The position numbers were made by a program, and so were the translations under genes. Shown piece after piece: positions 26,143-36,979 of a stretch of 64,000 nucleotides of DNA. This stretch comes from Xylographa opegraphella (lineage: Eukaryota): contig JALDZX010000012.1 of assembly GCA_022813865.1 (NCBI GenBank), positions 248,001-312,000 on the forward strand, given 5' to 3'. Within the stretch, counting starts at the first letter, position 1, and every line of letters begins with the position of its first letter. The notes beneath the pieces are model-generated. The model was not told where the DNA came from, ran no database searches, and saw nothing but the letters and a program-made list of their open reading frames with translations.

Positions 26143-27513
26143 GTTTTGCCAGGTAAGTGCAGGGACGAGCCAGCACATTCACAGCAACGATCGCGCGAGA
26201 AGTAGCGAGAAAGAGGAGGCATTATGAATGCTGCCGGAAAGCTCTGCAGCTGGTGGATACCACGCCGTTTCTTTCCACAATGGCTAGAATCTAGGGCGAG
26301 GCTCGAGTGACCGGGTCTCCAGGAGATTGCAGGCTCACCCGGTGGCTGCACCCCAGCACTGAAGATAGGGAACGGCGGGGAAAGAAGATGCCAAAAACGG
26401 CATGTCGAGGCACAAACAGCAGATGACTGAAACCAACAAACATAGAACACCCAAAGTTCCCATGCGACTTGTCAGTGCAAGTCCATCAAAAGCGCGCACC
26501 TCGACACGGCTCGCTTGAGCGATTCTGGGATTGGTCGCTCGTTTTGACGCCCATGCACAGGATAGGAGACTTATGCCGTTTATAGGCTGGGTGGTCTGCA
26601 TTCGGGAGAGGCTTGAGCTCTCCGGCCAATAGAAGGAAGTCGGGCCTGCGTGAAGGGCAGCGATGCGGATGAATTTATTCTCGGACTCGATTTCTCCAGG
26701 TGAGGCAGAATGACAAGACGAGAATCACGTGGAGCACTGCTTCGCCAGAATGATTCATTCTCCAGCGCGTTCCGCCCGCGTTCCGCCCGCGTTCTTGACG
26801 GCTGGTCAACGGAGAGGCTTCTGCGAGCGGCACTCCGTATGAACTGACTGCTCACAGTCCGGCCGACATTGTCAACAAGTATCTGTAACCTATCCAGCTA
26901 AGGTAATCCGCACTACTGCCGATGGACTGCACGAGGCGGTCTAGAACGTGCCTTTGGTACACAAGGAGACAAGGTAAGGTACATACCTCCGTACTCGGCC
27001 TCGGCTGTCTCGGAGTATCCGCGCCGCTTAAAGGCCGCTGCTAGCGGGCCGGATTGGGTGGGATCGGCTCAACGTCTCGGGCACGTGGGTGGGGTGCAAA
27101 TTCCGCAATCCAAACCACTCTGAAGAAATACTCCGTACACTTTGCCATTTGGTTGAACTGTGTTGCTCAACGTATAGCTACGCAGATGCTGAGTGTGAGC
27201 GAACGATACCTATACAGCCTCAATTTGTCAATGGCGTCGGGGGTGGCTTCGACTGCCCGCCCTCCGCCTTCCCGCTTAGCCTCCACCTGCAGCCACTCCG
27301 ACGAGGCTATGGTTTTCCAGTACAGCCGAGCCTTCTTCTGTTTAATACTCTCATCAATGGTATATTATTCCGTCCACGTCCAATTGTCCGGATAGGTGTT
27401 ATTGAAACCTTGCTTGCATGAGTGCACATCCTTCTTCGGGCAACCGCTTGCCGCATGTTGTTGTGCAGCAACGTGCGATGCTAGCCTTGTCGATATTTTA
27501 CTCGAAATAAACA

Positions 27514-29528
27514 ATGGACCCGGTGTCTATCGTCGGTCTTGCGTCGTCTGTTCTGAGTATTGTAAGTGTAATTGCTAAAAATGTCAATGCGTTGTCCACC
27601 TTGCAAGCCAAGTATCGAAATGCCGATCTCAGCGTCTTTCTTCTCATCGGACAGCTCTCGACACTCAAGGCTGCTCTCGGCCAGATATCCGAATGGATCA
27701 AGGCAGAGGGCCTGGCAGCACAATCCGAGCATCTCCAGCTTATTCAGGACCTCCAAGTAGCGCTCAACGGCTGTCAAGCCCTGATATCGATCCTAGACGA
27801 CCGGGTAGATCAACTGGCAACCAAGGAGGGCTCCGACAATCTGAAAGTTCAGGGCAAGATCGTCTTTCTCTGGGAAGAACAGGAGTTAAATGTGTACGTG
27901 ACACATTTGAATAATCAGGTCAATGCTCTCACTTTGCTTCTCTCGGCCATCCATTGCCGATCTTCGTCTCAAGAGCGGACTTTGCTGCAGTCTTTCGAGA
28001 GTCGCCAGTTAATGCAGCGGCTAAGAGACGACACTTCTTCTCTCCTGTGGCTCCGGGATACGGAATCCATCCTCTCCAGAAAGACCATGTCGACTTTCAA
28101 TTCAAAGTTATTGGAGACCATTTTTGACTTTGATGGCGAGGTCTTTAACTCCAAAGTCTATCAAGGAGCACTCAGATCAAACATGAAGCAAGTGCTGTCG
28201 CACAATGTATCAGGGTCTCCAAGGCCGAGTGGTCTTGCCACTCAACAGACAAACGACAATTTTCCTTCAGAAAATGACGATGCCAGGGCAGACACAGAGA
28301 CAATAAAGGCACCATCGGTTACAGATGGTATTCTGGTAACGACAGACTTCCATCAAGACATCAGTCTGTATACGCCATCTCCTAGAAAAGTATCACTCTG
28401 GTCTAGACTATCCGAACAAATAGTGGCATGAAAGAAGAGTCAGTTTAAGACACGTAATGAGACTATCGCCTTTACAGAAATGGAGCAGCAGCAAAACCCG
28501 CTGCCGTGGAATGGCAAGACGTTGATCTTAGGGACCTCAGAGAGCGGGAAGTCCACACTTCTCAAATCCTTAAAGCTTCATCTGGAAGGCTCATATACTC
28601 TCGAAGAGCGGGTATTGTTCAGAGAAATCATCTTCAGTAATACCGTCCAAAGCATGCGCGTTATATTAGAAGCAATGGAGTTTCTTGATATATGTCTCGA
28701 GGATAAAAGGAACGAGTACTATGTCCAAACAATATATATGCAGCCAGCACAATTTGATAGTGAGCAATTACCGGAGGATGTTGTGGATGCTATCGAAGCC
28801 TGTACAACGATCTTGGAGTTAAGGAATGTCTAAAGCGAGCGAGAGAATATCAACTGAACGACTCTGCTGAATAGTAAGCTTATGGCTTCGAACAATATCA
28901 GAGTGACCCACTAACGCTGATTACCAGCTACTTTCGCTCGATCATAGCGCTCAGCAACCCGAGCTATTTTCCTACAGATCAAGACATACTTCGGTCCCGA
29001 GTCAAGACCACGGGGATTACAGAGACTTCCTTCGTCGCACCTGTGCAGAGTTTGTCGGTGTTTGATTTTGGTGGCGTAAGGAGTGAGCGCAAGAAGTGGA
29101 TTCGTTGTTTTGAAAACGCCGGCACCATTCTATTCACTGTCGACATCAGCAGCTATGACCAGCTCCTTTGCGAAGACGAAACGGTCAATCGTATGCAGGA
29201 GGCCTTGGTATTGTTCGATTCTGTCGTGAACAGCAGGTGGTTCGTGAAAACCGCGATCGCTCTGTTCTTCACCAAATACGATAAGCTGGCCGCGAAACTG
29301 AAAGCCAGCCCAATGAAGAATTATTTCCCGCAATTTGTGGGGGGCGATGATCTCGAGGAGGCTACCGCGTATATTACTCGCAGATTCGTGTCTCTGAACG
29401 AAAACCACGCCAAACCCATCGCCGTTCACTACACCAGCATCGTCGACAATCCGCGGAAACCAGGGAAGATGGCCATTGACTTCCTACAGCGAACCACGGA
29501 TGACGATTGCCCCGTGTTCACCGGGTAA
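27514..29528 (+). pseudogene. HeLo-like (fungal STAND N-terminal-type) domain fused to a G-protein alpha domain; disrupted in this assembly
   Basis: MDPVSIVGLASSVLSI...NALTLLLSA N-terminal helical domain; then [50 protein letters not shown]. In-frame TGA at 28429-28431, 1-nt deletion at about 28800, intron 28874-28927. Confidence 0.7.
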
Positions 29529-30217
29529 GAACCCCGATCCCGCTGAGTACATGGCGGCCGAGACGGGCTGTACGAGCGCAACGCGCTTTGCCAGTCTCAC
29601 GAGCGTGCAAACCCATTGAAAAGGCCCGAGCTCGGGTTCGATGACCCCAGAAACGCGCCGTACCACCAGCCAGCAACGCCCCTTCGCCGTTCCGTACGCA
29701 TAAGGATCGGAAAAGATACCGGACTCGGGTTCGTGGGCTGTGAAAGCTGGTCTTCCTGTGTTGGCGGCTGGCCTTCTGTCGGATGGGCATAAGCCACGGC
29801 CGCTTTCGCGGAGATCATGACAAGCGACCTCGTCAACCGATGATATATAGCTACCCTTCCAGCGCCGATGCATAGTTAGCAATGCGGTCCATCACGCCCT
29901 CCGTCAGACGACCTTCGCGCCCCTTCGCCCTAGATGGCAACTCCTCTCTACGACCGAGGTACGTAATATTGAGAGGATTTCCATCGCAAAGATACGTGAA
30001 GTATAAAATTGATTTTGTCATATACATATGATAGTTTTGATCATTCCGAGTCACAAACATACAGAGCTACCCAGCAGCTAGCAATCAGAAGCCGAAAAAA
30101 TCAGAAATCCCCGCCAATTGCCAATGCACTTCACAGTGTACACGTCTCTCGACACCGAACCCCACAAGCCAGGCCGCACGCTACGCCTGAACTACCGGAA
30201 ACCCACGTACTTCCGCT

Positions 30218-32065
30218 TCAGATGTTCCCACCAGCAATGCTATCGAGCATAGCCTCCAACGTTACATCAAGCGGCCCAGATCCGGCGCTCCTGCCACTCA
30301 GCGAGCTGAGCCGGTTACCCGCTTCGCTCGCGGGCGGGCTTTCGAATTGCGCGGAGGCGTTGATCATGGCGACCAGCGCTGCCTTCAACAGCGCACTCCG
30401 CTTCCTCTCGACAGCGAGTTCTGCCTGGAGCTGCGATTCCGTTTCGCTGGGGTACAACGAGAAATCTTCAGGGCCGTTCTCGGCTTCGGGTTTTATGACG
30501 GTCGCGTAGCTTTTCCTCGATCGGTGCCGCACGAAAGACGCACGGTTCGACAGTTTCTTTGGAGTCGTGTCCTCATCCGAGGTTGGAGCCGCGGGTGAAA
30601 GGGGTGGGGATGGTGGGATATAGAGCGTTCCCTGCGTGCTGTGCTTGTAAAGCGGCCGTGTTGTAGAAAGGATGCTGACATTGCGCCTCGTGTGAAGAGG
30701 TGCTGGCTGTAGGACCACGGGGGTCGTCTTGTTCGTCGGTAGACTGGTTTCGCCACTGTTCATAGCTTCTGTGGGAGTTCGTCGTCGATGTAGAGGAGAA
30801 AACGACCTGGTGTCTAAAGACCGCGATGAAGTAGGCGGTGAAACGGCGCAATTCTTCATGTGCGTAGCAGGACTCTTATTGTCCGCAACCGCGTTCAAAT
30901 GATCCCACCGGTCGTGAGGTGGTGGAGATGTCTTATCGGGCGAGAAGGCGCTAGCGCGTACCGAGCTTGTCACAACCGGCAGGATAATAGTGTCATCGGT
31001 GTCGTCAGCGCCATCAGCCTCGGGACCATACACAGCATTGGTCGGCCGCTGTTCGGTGCGGCTGTGCTCCAGATCCCGCTTCTTCCTGGCTTGCGTCTTC
31101 TCGTTCCGCACCTTCCTCCACTGCAGAAGTTCGTCGTGCGTGCGGCCGACTCCGTCGCATCTTTGGCTTGGGCTCGAGGATCCTGACTCTCCGCTGTGGT
31201 TGGGATTGTGCGCATGGTGGTCAGTCATCGGGCGAGCCGGTGAGCTCGTCGGTGAGCTCAGCGATGCGAGCGCCTCGAGTTCTTTGTCGTCGATGGCGTA
31301 GAGGGTGTTGCGTTTGGAGCGCCGTGGAGATTTCGGAGGGATCGGTGGTTCATGGCCCGAAATCAGGGACGCCGTTTCTTGCTTTGTGTTCGGCAGCGCC
31401 TCGAGTGCAGGTTGCGGAGAATCTTGAGCTGTGGGTAGTGGCGGCAACGGCTTGTTGGGAGGCGGGCTCGGGGTAGCGGATTTTTTCCGCGACATTGGAA
31501 TGACATTCATTGTCCGATGATCCAATGGCGGAGCGGCATTGAGCAGTATGGTTTCCGTGGCCGATGAACTGAGTAAGTTCAATGGAGACGATTCTGCGGC
31601 CTGCGGAGATGATACCCTGCTGGGAGCTGTGGGTAGACATTGACTCGTCCGCCACTGTCTCCTATCGATGACATTCTCGATTTCGGTATACCCACTCGTC
31701 CGAGTCACTGTGGCATCGCCTCTGTGAGATCCAGTGTCCAACGAAGGTGGTTGCAGTGCTTTCAGGTTTGTCTCATCCGTTGCAGCGCCAGGGAAAGCAA
31801 AGTCCCGAACACGTACTTCCTCATGTCTATGTTGCTTCGCCGGTTCGAAGTGGTTTCGCTCACCATCGCTACCTGATTCAGGAAGCGGTATAGGATCTGC
31901 CGTCACCAGATACGGGTACTCCTTTGCAAGGTGGAGAGTCTCCGCGTCCATGTTTTGCGATGGTGGCCGAAGTAGTTTTGAGAAGTTCTTCGTGGGTGAA
32001 GGCGTGTCCGACATTTTCAGTGCTTTTTGGTCGCTGGAGAGGTTGTCTCTGGCAATGCCAGGCAT
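30218..32065 (-). CDS. Hypothetical Ser/Pro-rich, probably disordered protein with C-terminal coiled coil
   Basis: 615-aa open frame; PNKPLPPLP and PPIPPKSPRR polyproline motifs; LQAELAVERKRSALLKAALVAMIN coiled-coil-like segment. Confidence 0.7.
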   Translation of the reverse strand: MPGIARDNLSSDQKALKMSDTPSPTKNFSKLLRPPSQNMDAETLHLAKEYPYLVTADPIPLPESGSDGERNHFEPAKQHRHEEVRVRDFAFPGAATDETNLKALQPPSLDTGSHRGDATVTRTSGYTEIENVIDRRQWRTSQCLPTAPSRVSSPQAAESSPLNLLSSSATETILLNAAPPLDHRTMNVIPMSRKKSATPSPPPNKPLPPLPTAQDSPQPALEALPNTKQETASLISGHEPPIPPKSPRRSKRNTLYAIDDKELEALASLSSPTSSPARPMTDHHAHNPNHSGESGSSSPSQRCDGVGRTHDELLQWRKVRNEKTQARKKRDLEHSRTEQRPTNAVYGPEADGADDTDDTIILPVVTSSVRASAFSPDKTSPPPHDRWDHLNAVADNKSPATHMKNCAVSPPTSSRSLDTRSFSPLHRRRTPTEAMNSGETSLPTNKTTPVVLQPAPLHTRRNVSILSTTRPLYKHSTQGTLYIPPSPPLSPAAPTSDEDTTPKKLSNRASFVRHRSRKSYATVIKPEAENGPEDFSLYPSETESQLQAELAVERKRSALLKAALVAMINASAQFESPPASEAGNRLSSLSGRSAGSGPLDVTLEAMLDSIAGGNI

Positions 32066-33574
32066 CGTTGGGTGCTCTTTGGTAATGTCCCTTGCTGGCT
32101 CTGCCTTTGTGTCTGAGTAGGTAATCCTTCCCGAAAGAAAAGACTGGTTATGATTTGTAGACTAAGATATTGCTCACATGTCGTATCGTTTTGTGCTGGA
32201 GCTGCCGCAGGAGCTGCTGATGATGGTGTGTAGAGGTATGTTGAACTATTCGGCGAAGTCTGAAGGATATTCCTGAGGCGGCTTCTGCCTTTAGACTGCA
32301 TCCGGGATTCACCAGACTGTTCCTTCGAATTAGGCGTATCGCGACCTTAATCAAACTTTAGATCAGGAGCCAAGTCCGGGCTTTGTGGAGGGGTGTCCTC
32401 GATCTGCATGTCTCGGCTGCACCAATGGTGGCTGCATACTGCTGGCCAATACGCTGTCGCCAGTGTAGAACATCATACTGGACCATGCATCTCGTGTATC
32501 ATTGACATGAGCACGGCGGGAGATCAGCAGGCATTATTAGCGACGGAGATGAGATGGCAGGTCAAGGTCTGCCTCTCAAGGGATATACCGCAGTAGTACA
32601 TGATTGCACAATAGAGACCACCAAAACGACCAAGAACGATACACCATCTTCTGGTAATGACGCAAGGAGCAGTTCATTGGATGCGCGACTTCGGCACTTA
32701 CAGCATGCCGGCAACTGCTCGGCCACCGAGTGCGCCTTCAGACGGCTAGATCAAAGACCGCAAGCTCGCGGTGGTCTTCCCGACCATGTCAACACGTCAG
32801 CGTACGAAGGACATTGGGATCTTTCTTTGTTCTCGAGCTTGGAGATTTGAGAGACGACGTCGACTCGGACGGTCTAAGAAGTGCTTGGTAGCGAAGTACC
32901 ATGATACTGTCCTCGTCACATTAAGCGAGGGCAAGGGATAATTTAGCTGAAACCCTGATCCCTCGCGTAGCTGGTCAGATCTTTAGGGTCTTCGCGTTTC
33001 ACAGGACCCGTGCAATCTGATCATTGTTTTTCCGCTTTCCGGTGTACGGGGAGACCATTATTCTGGAATCCTCACCTTATTGTAGAAGGCCGAGAAGGTA
33101 TGGTAGACAAGGTAAATACAAGTCAGCGCCAAAGTCACAACTTTAAAGTCCAATTTACGCTCAGCACCGAGGTGGATTTCCGAAACGGCTTGCAGGCGCC
33201 TCGCGCTAGATGATCGGATTCGGGAACAGCTCCCCCTGTTGCTCAGTCCCCGGTGACATATCAGAGGAGGTATCATAATCTCTCTTGTAGACGACATCAA
33301 CAGCAGGACTACTGTGATCAACGGCCAAGACGCGCACAAGTTTCGGATGGGAAAGGATAATAGTCAGAACGATTCAGTCGCATTCGCACATGTTTTGTCT
33401 CTAACTCTGTTCACTGACGATCCGAGATCTTTGGGCGGGGTTCGCTTCTTACGAGTTCGTTGTATATCAAAAGAGTCAACTTTTTTGGACTTCAGATTCC
33501 GCTTTCCATTTGACAATTGATGATCTGCCCTTCTGTTCATACAAAGGAATACTCTGATCCTGACCACACGAGCA

Positions 33575-35615
33575 CTACCAGTCATCATCGTCGCCCTCGT
33601 CATCTTATCATCACTAATCAGTGTCATATACGAATGCTCGATCGGGGTCACGACTTACCGCTTGCGCTGACTTTCTTGTTTCTCGCGCTCAATGCTTGAG
33701 CTAGAGCATCCGCCAAACCTCCTCCGCCTCCGGAAGAACTCGGCGCTGCGCTTACTGCAGAAGGAGAGCTCGTTGCGGCGCCCGGTACCTGTGCAGCACT
33801 TCGATCACGTTTTTCCTGACTGCTGACTCTCTTCAATCGCCCGCTTGCAGCGCCGCCAGAGGCTCGAATAGACGCAAGTAAATCTTCTTTACCCCCTGCT
33901 GGCTTCGGCAGTGGTGGCGCACTTGCTCCTCCTCGTCCTGGAGGCAGTGGTGGTGGTGGAGGACCGTTTGCCGAGGGCATTGGGGGAAGTGGCGGCGGAG
34001 GTGGTGGAGCGCCCCCTGATGGCAATGGTGGTGGTGGGGGAGGACATCCTGAAGGGGGACCAGGTATAGAGATAGGTCTTGGGGTAGGCGGCAATGGCGG
34101 TGGTATGTTTGAAGGCGGATTGTTCCGCTGGCCTGGGAGCGGTGGTGGCATTGGGGGTAAAGCAGGTGCAGATGATGTCGATGCTGAATGAGGAGTCTTC
34201 GGAGGAAGTGGCGGTGGAGCGACGTTAGTCGGTGGAATCGCATGTGCGCTTTGCGAATTCTTTGCTCCTCGTGGCGGTGGTGGTGGGGGCACCGAAACCC
34301 TTTGAGGCATTGGAGGAGGTGCCGGCGAAGACTGGCTGCCTTGGAATGGAGGAGGCACCCCAAACCTATATTTAGTTTCTGACTCATCGTCCATTGGCGT
34401 TTTGGGTGGTCTAGGTGGTGGTGGAGGTCCTTGCGAAGCGGCATTGGATGTAATTCTTTGTCTCGATGGAGTCGGCGGTGCTCCGGAATGCGCGAATTTG
34501 CCAGCGTCCGCGAGAGGTGGTGGTGCTCGGAACTTAAGAGCGGGTTCAGACGGAGAAGGTGTTCGCTCGGGTGAAGGAGAAGGTGGCGTGGGTTGCTTTG
34601 CATACGTTGTCGATGGGTTGTCGGCGCGACTTCGCCTTGGGGCTGGTATTGCAGGTGGTGGCCCTTTGCTGGATATCGTCGTACTACCAGTATTCTGAGG
34701 ACTTAGGGAAGCCATCCTAGTGGGAGGTGCTGAAGGGGGCGGTGGAGGCGGTGGAGCCTTTCCTCTTCGATCATTGCTTATACCATTAGACGTCTCTTCC
34801 ACCGACCCGTCACCACCACATTGTGCCAGTCTTTGTTCCACATAAGATTTGATGAAATCAGCGTTTTCCTCAATTTGATCTTCCGTAATCCCCATGTCCA
34901 ATAGTTCACTAAGCATACTTCTCCACGAGGGGTCTACTTCGTCGAGGGCTGATAAGGCACTTTTGGGAGGCGATGGTGGGGCATGGTATGTCGGCTCACG
35001 AGGTGGTATCATAGACTGCATTGGTGGCGGAGGCACATGCGACGCTGAAGATGAACGATGGCCAAGTAGTAAACTGCCCAGACGGCCATGATGTTTTTCT
35101 TGAGGGGCCGGGCCAAATGGCGCTGCCCCGCCAGCGCCGTAGAAGGGAGTAGCCTTGGTCGCTTTACTCGCATTTTTTTCTCTTTCATCCATCTTCTTCT
35201 TGAAGGTTTTGGCCTCCTTGTCGTCAGCGAACAACAAGCCTGCCAAGCAGTTTTCCATTTCGAATGTATGAAAGAACGTGCGGTCCTGGTTGTATTGGAA
35301 TGTATCATATATCTCCTGATCCCAGACCACCCCACGGTTTGCTGTCTAGAGACATATCAGTCGTCAAGGTCATCTGAGTAGATAATGTAAGGGCCATAAA
35401 CTCACAGACACATCCACCATCTTTATCCAAAATGTGTTGCCTATAAGATCATTGGCAAGCACAACTGCACCTTGTAGCCCTGTATATGTCCATTTTTGCT
35501 TGCTGGGATATGCAATGTACAATCTTGCGACAGCGACAGCTTGAATTTTGTTCTGAGCCTTTGGTACCGCTCTATTCACTGTTTCCTTTCCCTCGGGTGA
35601 TAGAATTGTGTGCAT
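33575..35615 (-). CDS. LAS17: WASP homologue Las17/Wsp1 (WH1, polyproline, WH2, acidic tail)
   Basis: AVARLYIAYP...WTYTGLQGA, YNQDRTFFHTFE, DLLASIRASGG..LKRV, spliced acidic tail DDEGDDDDW; introns about 35347-35405 and 33604-33658. Confidence 0.93.
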
Positions 35616-36124
35616 CCTTGCGAGTGTATCCGTGGGACCTCAAGTATGTAGGGAGTGTCAGACGTTATATCAATACGCGACTGAGTACCATGGCACTGCT
35701 CAAGATATTCGAGCTCTGGGAGATCGTATTCCGACCTAATTACTCCGTGGTCGGTCCAGACTAGTTTTCCTCAGAAATATTGAGCTTCAAGCCTTGGATG
35801 CCGCCTGGCTTCGAACGGTTAGTAGTGGTAATACTGCAATACTTTGAATAAAGAACGTTCTACGCAGGCAATGCATACACAATGTGGTCAAGTTATGAGC
35901 TGTGATCAGCCTTAGGCTGCTGTTCCCCAGCACGACCCACAAGGCCTTGCCAAGCCTGGAACGTCAGTCAACGCTAGTGGCTGTGGCCGGACGCATTTTG
36001 CTTATTTCGTTTGCCTTCATCCTTCATCGCCATCACATCCTCAACCCATTTCACATATTTCCTTTAAGATTCGGATCCGTTTAACCATATAGCTCTGAAA
36101 GTTGCTGCGAAGCTTACCACAACT

Positions 36125-36434
36125 ATGCCTGTTCACCCTTCAGAAGAGAACGCACCTGAGGGTATCACTGAGATGGTAGCGAAAGACCCATCCAGCAACA
36201 CTGGGTCCACTGCTAGTGACCATGACATACGTGCGTACTTATCTACTATACTTGGTCTGACACTAGCTCTGACATGGCACAGACAAAGATGCGAATGAGC
36301 ACCAGAATGGCAAAGCCAGCGCGCAAGACTTTCAATCCAAAGGCCCAGCAATCCCTCAGTCGATGGAAGATATGCCACCTAAGGCATCAAAAGAGGAGCT
36401 CAAGGCAAGGGTAGCGGAATTGAACCAAGAATAG
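36125..36434 (+). CDS. Small two-exon hydrophilic hypothetical protein (about 85 aa)
   Basis: ATG 36125, intron 36231-36282 (GTGCGT...CTGAC...CAG), then ...GPAIPQSMEDMPPKASKEELKARVAELNQE and stop 36432-36434. Confidence 0.7.
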
Positions 36435-36979
36435 ACGAACTCGTTCTGTTCATCTACGAAAGATGGAATCCTTGTGAAGGATGTTTGCAGGAGAGCCTGC
36501 TCATATTATGACGTGCATAGTATGGCGTTGTACCTACGAGCTGGGACACAAGGTACAGGGTTACGCGGGATCTTGGAAGCACGATATATGGTTTTATGGC
36601 CCATCTTCTTTTGTGATTTCAGATTCATCCAAACAAATTCTTAAATGCATCAACCAACTGCTTCCCAGCAGTTTATGCTCTTATTCGTGGTGCTAGACTT
36701 TGCCGCCAAGGAAATTCCCTGCCATCTCCATTTTATGAAGAATGTTTGACTTGATCATCGTAACCAACCGCTGTAACGTCTGTCGTAATAGAGCGAGACT
36801 ACCTGCTACCACCTCGAGTGTTTTCATCTACGAGAACTACGTACCCCGCGATGACAGGCGTAGGGCTACGGTGACGTACAGCTGACCCTGGCGCATCGCA
36901 GGGGTAAGGTATATCGCCCTTGCAAACACGCGCCCGTTCCCGAGGCTGGAGATGCACTTTATGGACAACGGCGTTTCTA

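Noticed and set aside
28429..28431. Stop restored by A-to-I editing or recoding
   Set aside because: Fungal restorative editing mostly acts on UAG with U at -1. This codon is TGA and there is a separate frameshift downstream.
33900..34760. GGT/GGC/GGA triplet arrays
   Set aside because: Fully explained by the Las17 polyproline tracts.
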